In this document: piece after piece, positions 7,781 to 12,202 of the stretch | Layout: the number at the start of each line of letters is the position of its first letter | Position numbering within the stretch: the stretch's first letter is position 1 | DNA from: a virus | Taxonomy: Duplodnaviria; Heunggongvirae; Uroviricota; Caudoviricetes | Length of the DNA: 12,202 nt | Reading direction: 5' to 3' (one strand) | Virus record (IMG/VR): IMGVR_UViG_2703718823_000004 | Notes under the pieces: model-generated | What the model saw: only the letters and a program-made list of their open reading frames with translations | Told to the model about the DNA's origin: nothing | The model's database searches: none | Position numbers and translations under genes: made by a program

Positions 7781-9876
7781 GGATTATCTTCCGCACGCTC
7801 CGTCCGCAGTTTTTTCTTCCGGCGACGGCGTTTTTCTGCCCCGGCCGTCAGTTCCGGGGATACCGTTTCACCAGAACACTCCTGCGGGAAGACGAGCCAC
7901 GTTTCCCGCTGTGCCCAGTCCGGTGCGGAGGGCCAGCGGATCTTTTCGTAACCATGCAGAACGGCAAGCGCATCCGCATAAACCAGCAGGTCAAACGCCT
8001 CGTTAGCTCCCCTGCCCGGTTTTCGCCATTTTCCGTCACTGCCGCGCTCTTCATAGGTCAGCTCATCGTAAAACCATCGCCCCAGCCAGTCGGGAAAGTG
8101 GATATAGTTCGGCCCTGGTGTGTCACGCCACAGGGCATTATTTACACGGTCCTTAAACGCATCCGTCTGAACCAGCCACAGCGCGACATCGCCACTGGCT
8201 CTGGCACGGCGGGCACTTCTGCCGGTATTATCCGGGAAGGTACGGTTAATCAGCCTGTCACGGCGAAGTCCATCCCCCTTGAACAGAAACACCCTGTTGC
8301 CCAGTCCGTCACTCCGGCAACGACGCCAGAAACGATAGGCGTTATCTGTCACCCCGGCTTCCCCTCCCGTATCCACCGCCATGGCCATCAGACGCATGCG
8401 CACATCCGGATCAGAAGCCAGCGGCCATGTTTTATGGAACACATCCGTCAGCAACAAATCCCAGTCCTCCGGATATGCCGCCGGATCAACCGGCAGACTT
8501 TCACCGTTGGGACTGCAGCGCAGTGAATGCCGGATGTTATAGCGATCAACAATCCAGCGTTCCCCCTGCTCTCCGTATCCGGTGATCTGCACAACAAAAC
8601 GGCGATTTTTACCGCCCTGTACGTCAACCGTTGCCTCAATAAAACGCACACCATCCGGCACAGATCGCCGGGGAAACGGCTCGGCACGCTGTTCAAGCAG
8701 TTCACTTTTACGCTGTTCCGTGGCTGAACGGGGCAGATAGGGTCGTCCGATATCGGTGTTCACCACCGCTTTCAGGGTCTCTTCACTGCCGGTTCGCTCA
8801 TACTCTTCTTCTGCCGCCAGCAGTTTAAAAATCAGTTGTTCCCAGGTCTGAAACGCCGCGGCCGGCCCCTCCATCCAGAATGACGCAATCCGGGAATTTC
8901 GTGGCGTTCCGGTGATACTGCCGTCCGCCACCGCCCGTTCACCTTCACGAAGCCAGATCCCTTTGTTATTCAGTTCGCGTTTCTGCTCAGGGGCAATCAG
9001 CCCGCGACAATGCGGACACATCAGACGGGCAGCCTGACCGGCAGCCACAAAATCCGGGTTATTCCGGTATCCGGTCATGTTATCCATCACCGGCTGAAAA
9101 TATTCCCCGCAGTGCGGACACGGCCAGTACCACCGGCGGCGGTCTCCCCGGTTATACAGTGACAGGATCCCCGTTGTTGGCGGTGCCTCATGTGCGCCGC
9201 CACAGCGCCATTTGGTGTCAGTGATATCCCGCCCCGGCGAACTCTCGACCAGGGTCATCCCCGAGGACATAAAGGTGGTGGTACGCTTTGATGCCAGGGT
9301 GAAGGCATCCCCTTCCCCGTCCACGTTTTCAGGGAAACGGTCATAATCCGTCAGCGCCACACGACGGTAATCCGAAGAAGAAAATACAGTGATCGACGGC
9401 CAGCCAATCTTCAGGAAGGAGCCGTCAAGAAACATTTTATCGTGGACGTTGTTGTCATTACGGGAAGGACTGAGACGCTTACTGACCTCCGGGCTGTGAC
9501 GAAACGTTCTGGAAAGACGCGTTCTGGAGTGTTCCCGCGCCTTCGTCTCGGTCATTTGCACCACCAGCATATCCGCCGGATCACAGATGATGCCGTACAC
9601 AATCCAGCCGTCAATCAGCCCTTCGGTTTTCCCGGTTCGCGCAGGTCCCACAAACACCACCGCGTCATATTCACGGGCTGATAATGTATTAATGGGGTCA
9701 ATCATATAGGGCGTCAGCGATGACTCCCACGGACCGGAAGTATTGGCTCCCCGTGGTACCCGCATATAACGCCTGATGGCTTCCGCTACTGGTAACCGGC
9801 TGGGCGGGCGAAACAGCGAGGCCACTTCGCGCCAGATATCGGATGCGCGGCTATGGCTCTCGTTCACCTGATTCAC
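7753..9876 (-). CDS. A: Terminase large subunit, gpA-like
   Basis: 707 aa. GTG start at 9876 overlaps the Nu1 stop (minus ATGTGA); lambda A also starts with GTG as I recall. N-terminus MNQVNESHSRASDIWREVASLFRPP parallels lambda MNISNSQVNRLRHFVRAGLRSLFRPEP. Walker A VFVGPARTGKTE; Cys pairs CPHCGEYF...CPHCRG as in the gpA zinc-finger region. Confidence 0.95.
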   Translation of the reverse strand: MNQVNESHSRASDIWREVASLFRPPSRLPVAEAIRRYMRVPRGANTSGPWESSLTPYMIDPINTLSAREYDAVVFVGPARTGKTEGLIDGWIVYGIICDPADMLVVQMTETKAREHSRTRLSRTFRHSPEVSKRLSPSRNDNNVHDKMFLDGSFLKIGWPSITVFSSSDYRRVALTDYDRFPENVDGEGDAFTLASKRTTTFMSSGMTLVESSPGRDITDTKWRCGGAHEAPPTTGILSLYNRGDRRRWYWPCPHCGEYFQPVMDNMTGYRNNPDFVAAGQAARLMCPHCRGLIAPEQKRELNNKGIWLREGERAVADGSITGTPRNSRIASFWMEGPAAAFQTWEQLIFKLLAAEEEYERTGSEETLKAVVNTDIGRPYLPRSATEQRKSELLEQRAEPFPRRSVPDGVRFIEATVDVQGGKNRRFVVQITGYGEQGERWIVDRYNIRHSLRCSPNGESLPVDPAAYPEDWDLLLTDVFHKTWPLASDPDVRMRLMAMAVDTGGEAGVTDNAYRFWRRCRSDGLGNRVFLFKGDGLRRDRLINRTFPDNTGRSARRARASGDVALWLVQTDAFKDRVNNALWRDTPGPNYIHFPDWLGRWFYDELTYEERGSDGKWRKPGRGANEAFDLLVYADALAVLHGYEKIRWPSAPDWAQRETWLVFPQECSGETVSPELTAGAEKRRRRKKKLRTERAEDNPWITSGGWL

Positions 9877-10349
9877 ATATCGGCCTCATCACAACAGTCA
9901 ATGACTGCCTTTTCCAGTGTGTCGCGGATCTCATCAACCACAATCTGTACTTCATTCAGTTGTGATGCGGTCCACCCTCTGTCCCTTTCCAGCCGGTCAG
10001 GCCAGGTTTCCAGTACCTGAACTATCGCTTTCACCACGACAGAAAAGGACCGCCTGACATCACTGACAGGCACAAGCTGAACAGTTTCATGCTGAAATTT
10101 AAGACGCTCGCGCTCGGACTGATACCATGCCTTCCGATCATGTGGGTTCATCTCTTCATCTTCGGAAGTCGGTGGTTTTTCCAGCAACGAAATAATCAAA
10201 TCCGTCAGGAGATACAGTTTTTTCTTTTCATTACTGCCTGGTGCAAGAGGAACATCCGCCATTCTGGCGGCAACAGTCTGCCGGTGCAGACCTGAAAGGG
10301 CTGCCAGTTGATTAATATTTAACTTCATATTTTTCAGCTCGCCGTCCAT
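9873..10349 (-). CDS. nu1: Terminase small subunit, Nu1-like, with N-terminal winged-helix DNA-binding domain
   Basis: 158 aa. ATG at 10349 with a GGAGGG Shine-Dalgarno 5-6 nt upstream. MKLNINQLAALSGLHRQTVAARMADVP resembles lambda Nu1 MEVNKKQLADIFGASIRTIQNWQEQGMPV; acidic C-terminus; directly upstream of and overlapping the large subunit. Confidence 0.88.
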   Translation of the reverse strand: MDGELKNMKLNINQLAALSGLHRQTVAARMADVPLAPGSNEKKKLYLLTDLIISLLEKPPTSEDEEMNPHDRKAWYQSERERLKFQHETVQLVPVSDVRRSFSVVVKAIVQVLETWPDRLERDRGWTASQLNEVQIVVDEIRDTLEKAVIDCCDEADM

Positions 10350-10532
10350 TTACATCCCTCCACATAAACCGCTGAACAAAAGTGGCTCTTTTTTTGTAAA
10401 GAAATGCCGCCATATAAAGATGTCGAACAAAAATCAACCATAATCATCATCTTTTTAATGCTAAACACATTAAAAACAATAAGTTACCATTATGATGATG
10501 ATGACGATAAAATCACAAAAATGCGCCTTTTT

Positions 10533-10549
10533 CCGCGCCGCCCGCCCCG
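10533..10549 (-). other. Candidate cosN (cohesive-end site)
   Basis: Minus strand reads ACACGGGGCGGGCGGCGCGGAAAAAGG, sharing ACGGGGCGG with the lambda cos junction (TTACGGGGCGGCGACCTCGCGGG). It lies about 185 bp upstream of the Nu1 start (lambda: about 190 bp), followed toward Nu1 by AT-rich DNA with repeated GGCG(G)CATTT and ATTTTTGT motifs. Confidence 0.4.
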
Positions 10550-10586
10550 TGTTCAGGCCCACCCCACCAGGAGGACCCGCAAAAAT

Positions 10587-10605
10587 GATAATGATTATCA
10601 TTTTC
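10587..10605. promoter_or_regulatory. Fur-box-like palindrome (18/19 match to GATAATGATAATCATTATC on the minus strand)
   Basis: Plus GATAATGATTATCATTTTC; minus GAAAATGATAATCATTATC. Embedded in a perfect palindrome AAAATGATAAT-G-ATTATCATTTT (10582..10604). Function unproven; could instead be a terminase or other dimer-binding site. Confidence 0.35.
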
Positions 10606-10915
10606 AATGTAGTCCAGTTTCTTCCACCATCGCACCGGACAGGCGACTATGAGGGGACAACGCCGCGCTCCGTTAACGCGGTAAACCCCGGTGTGTATCG
10701 TTTTTGATTATCCCCGCACACTCGCGCAGAGGAGTCTCCCGGTAGGGCTGCGGTCTCTGTTCATGTGGGAATACGGCGACGATACTGCGCAAAGACATGC
10801 TTCAGAAATACATAAGTAAACTAAAATATTGTATCTCTGTGGCTAATTACGTAAATTGGTGGCTTGGCCCCTTTAGCCACCGGCAAATCTTCAGCGGATT
10901 ATCCTTGGCCGGTTT

Positions 10916-11383
10916 TTATCTGAGGCATTGCTCACGAATGTATAGCTGTGCCCCTTCCAGCTGCTTCTGCATTGTCATCAACCGTTCTCTGAGGATGAAA
11001 TAATCCCGTTCAGCGGTGTCTGCCAGTCGGGGGCCGGTTGCATTATCCACGCCGGAGGTGCCGGTGGCTTCACGCACGGTACCGTGGCAGGTGGCGTTGA
11101 TCCGCAGGCGCTTACGACCAGCGGCAACATCAGCACGCAGAGTTTCATTTTCAGCTCTCGCATCAGCTAATTCCCTCGAGTATTTTGCATCGAGCGCAGC
11201 AACATCGCGCTGGCGCACCTGCATATCAGTAATGGTTGCGTTTGCCAGCTCCAGCTCTCTGGCTTTTTTATCTCGCTGCGCTTTGTAGGTGATGGCGTTA
11301 TCGCGGTAATGATTCAGCCCCAGACTAAGCGCACCACAGGCCACCAGCAGGACAATAATCACCACACACAGAACACGGTTCAT
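10916..11383 (-). CDS. Rz: Rz i-spanin (inner-membrane spanin subunit)
   Basis: 155 aa with N-terminal transmembrane segment [21 protein letters not shown] followed by a charged helical region ([55 protein letters not shown]); ATG at 11383 with a GAGGGGGA Shine-Dalgarno. Confidence 0.9.
   Translation of the reverse strand: MNRVLCVVIIVLLVACGALSLGLNHYRDNAITYKAQRDKKARELELANATITDMQVRQRDVAALDAKYSRELADARAENETLRADVAAGRKRLRINATCHGTVREATGTSGVDNATGPRLADTAERDYFILRERLMTMQKQLEGAQLYIREQCLR
10978..11163 (-). CDS. Rz1: Rz1 o-spanin lipoprotein, embedded in the +1 frame of Rz
   Basis: [61 protein letters not shown]: lipobox LVVSAC, proline-rich mature part, and the conserved [25 protein letters not shown] signature of lambda Rz1. 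Confidence 0.88.
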   Translation of the reverse strand: MRELKMKLCVLMLPLVVSACGSTPPATVPCVKPPAPPAWIMQPAPDWQTPLNGIISSSENG

Positions 11384-11390
11384 ATCCCCC

Positions 11391-11522
11391 TCACCCCAGC
11401 ATCCCCGACGAAGACAACATCATCCAGCCCAGGGAAAGAAAAATAGCAACCAGCATTAGTGAAAATGAAATGCCGACGATTACACAGAGGATCTTCGCCA
11501 GCGTTATGAGCTTGTCTGACAT
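11391..11522 (-). CDS. Hypothetical 43-aa single-pass membrane peptide between endolysin and Rz
   Basis: Below the ORF-track size cutoff. ATG at 11522 follows an AAGAGG Shine-Dalgarno by 7 nt: [43 protein letters not shown]; stop TGA at 11391-11393, 8 nt before the Rz ATG. Same frame as the endolysin and as an upstream helix-like stretch (see findings). Confidence 0.4.
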   Translation of the reverse strand: MSDKLITLAKILCVIVGISFSLMLVAIFLSLGWMMLSSSGMLG

Positions 11523-11675
11523 GCTTAATCCTCTTCACGATTTCAACGCAATGACCAGTTTTGCCAGTCCATACAGCATCGGAGACACAGCAATACCGAC
11601 CGCCACCCACTTAATAGCAAAAGCCAGCGCTCTGCTGATGTCATCAGTTACAGGCAATTCAGCAAAATATTCTGC

Positions 11676-12202
11676 TTATCTGTCAATTCCCCAGCACGCC
11701 AGCGCACTCTCCTGGTCGCGACGGGATACCTGACCGTAACAGTTGTTTGAGCGAATACGGCAGTCTCTGCCACCGTCCTTAATCCACCAGCGAATCGCTT
11801 CGCATGCTCCCCTGCGATCACCTGCATTAATTCGTCTGTAAAACGTCGACGGGAAACACTTACCGGGACCAATGTTGTACGGACAGAATGACGCGATCCC
11901 CGCTTTCTGGGGTTCGGTCAGCGGCACTCTGATGTTTTTCTCCACCCACGCCAGCGCCTTATCACGCTCAATGGCGTTAACCTGGTCGCATTTTTCCTTC
12001 GACAACTTCATGCCCGGAACGACAGGTTTGCCATCCACCATGATGGCACCACGGCAGATGGTCCAGATACCTGCACCATCACGGTATGCCGTGGTGTGGT
12101 TACCTTCCTTTTCATCCAGAAACTGGTCGAGAATTTCAGGCGCAGAAGCCCCTGCGGCAATCAGCGCCAGAACGGCAGCCGACAGGCCGTATTTGATTTT
12201 TG
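11676..12202 (-). CDS. R: SAR endolysin (T4-lysozyme-like, GH24), 5' end beyond window
   Basis: Frame open from 12200 to the TAA at 11676-11678: ...KSNTACRAAVLALIAAGASAPEILDQFLDEKEGNHTTAYRDGAGIWTICRGAIMVDGKPVVPGMKLSKEKCDQVNAIERDKALAWVEKNIRVPLTEPQKAGIASFCPYNIGPGKCFPSTFYRRINAGDRRGACEAIRWWIKDGGRDCRIRSNNCYGQVSRRDQESALACWGIDR. The Gly/Ala-rich weakly hydrophobic AAVLALIAAGASA is a SAR domain; EGNHTTAYRDGAGIWTICRG matches the E-x8-D-x5-T catalytic motif of P21-type endolysins (compare [20 protein letters not shown]). Confidence 0.9.
   Translation of the reverse strand, partial: KIKYGLSAAVLALIAAGASAPEILDQFLDEKEGNHTTAYRDGAGIWTICRGAIMVDGKPVVPGMKLSKEKCDQVNAIERDKALAWVEKNIRVPLTEPQKAGIASFCPYNIGPGKCFPSTFYRRINAGDRRGACEAIRWWIKDGGRDCRIRSNNCYGQVSRRDQESALACWGIDR

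Larger units (their letters stand above)
1..12202 (-). mobile_element. Lambdoid prophage late region (lysis cassette 3' part, cos, terminase, head and tail genes); both ends continue beyond the window
   Basis: Contiguous minus-strand genes in the lambda order R-Rz-cos-nu1-A-W-B-head-Z-U-V-G/T-H, with short overlaps between neighbours; identified by reading the translations. Confidence 0.9.

Noticed and set aside
7954-8526. 190-aa plus-strand ORF (and other plus ORFs between 7538 and 9681)
   Set aside because: All antisense to the terminase large subunit or gpW; Arg/Pro/Gln-rich artefact-like translations.
10591-10593. Minus-strand ATG inside the palindrome opening a 47-codon ORF across the candidate cosN
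   Set aside because: Mirror-image artefact of the palindrome; no ribosome-binding site.
10404-10707. Plus-strand ORFs 10404..10652 and 10492..10707 in the cos region
   Set aside because: Homopolymeric DDDDD, MMMM and IIII runs generated by the (ATC)n/(GAT)n repeats; they span the presumed cos site. Only the 40-codon tail after the AGGAGG at 10569 is even marginal, and it overlaps the palindrome.
10858-10881. 7-bp stem GGTGGCT/AGCCACC about 35 bp downstream of the Rz stop
   Set aside because: No U-tract on either strand, so not a convincing intrinsic terminator; late transcription is expected to read through into cos and nu1.
11380-11610. 76-aa minus-strand ORF with GTG start ending at the Rz start
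   Set aside because: Cys/Gly-rich unstructured-looking translation, no Shine-Dalgarno, GTG start; a different frame from the helix-like peptides. Its TGA overlapping the Rz ATG is probably coincidental.
11546-11644. 33-codon minus ORF MTSAERWLLLLSGWRSVLLCLRCCMDWQNWSLR just after the endolysin stop
   Set aside because: No ribosome-binding site; it is an alternative frame of the helix-like stretch, and the hydrophobic signal is stronger in the endolysin frame.
1-12202. tRNA genes, CRISPR repeats, IS elements or att sites
   Set aside because: Scanned for cloverleaf-like GC stems, regularly spaced direct repeats and terminal inverted repeats; found only the cos-region repeats described. No integrase or transposase-like ORF in the window.

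Overview
The whole window is the late (lysis and morphogenesis) region of a lambda-like siphovirus prophage from an enterobacterium, with every credible gene on the minus strand (transcribed right to left). Gene order on the minus strand is: SAR-type endolysin (5' end off the window) - a ~290-bp spacer holding small hydrophobic ORFs - Rz with embedded Rz1 - a ~570-bp non-coding cos-like region - terminase small subunit (Nu1-like) - terminase large subunit (gpA-like) - gpW - portal (gpB-like) - fused ClpP-type protease/scaffold/major capsid protein - a small Ala/Gly/Val-rich head protein - a head-tail joining protein - gpZ - gpU - major tail protein gpV - tail chaperone G/GT with the lambda slippery heptamer - N-terminal 240 codons of tape measure gpH (3' end off the window). 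Protein identifications rest on my reading of the translations against remembered lambda sequences; no searches were run. I see no tRNA, CRISPR array, insertion sequence, or recognisable defence, toxin or cargo gene, and I cannot point to a clearly novel system. The signals least explained by standard annotation are a near-consensus Fur-box palindrome next to the candidate cos site, and two membrane-helix-like peptide segments in one frame, split by a TGA, between the endolysin and Rz. All plus-strand ORFs in the supplied track look like antisense artefacts.
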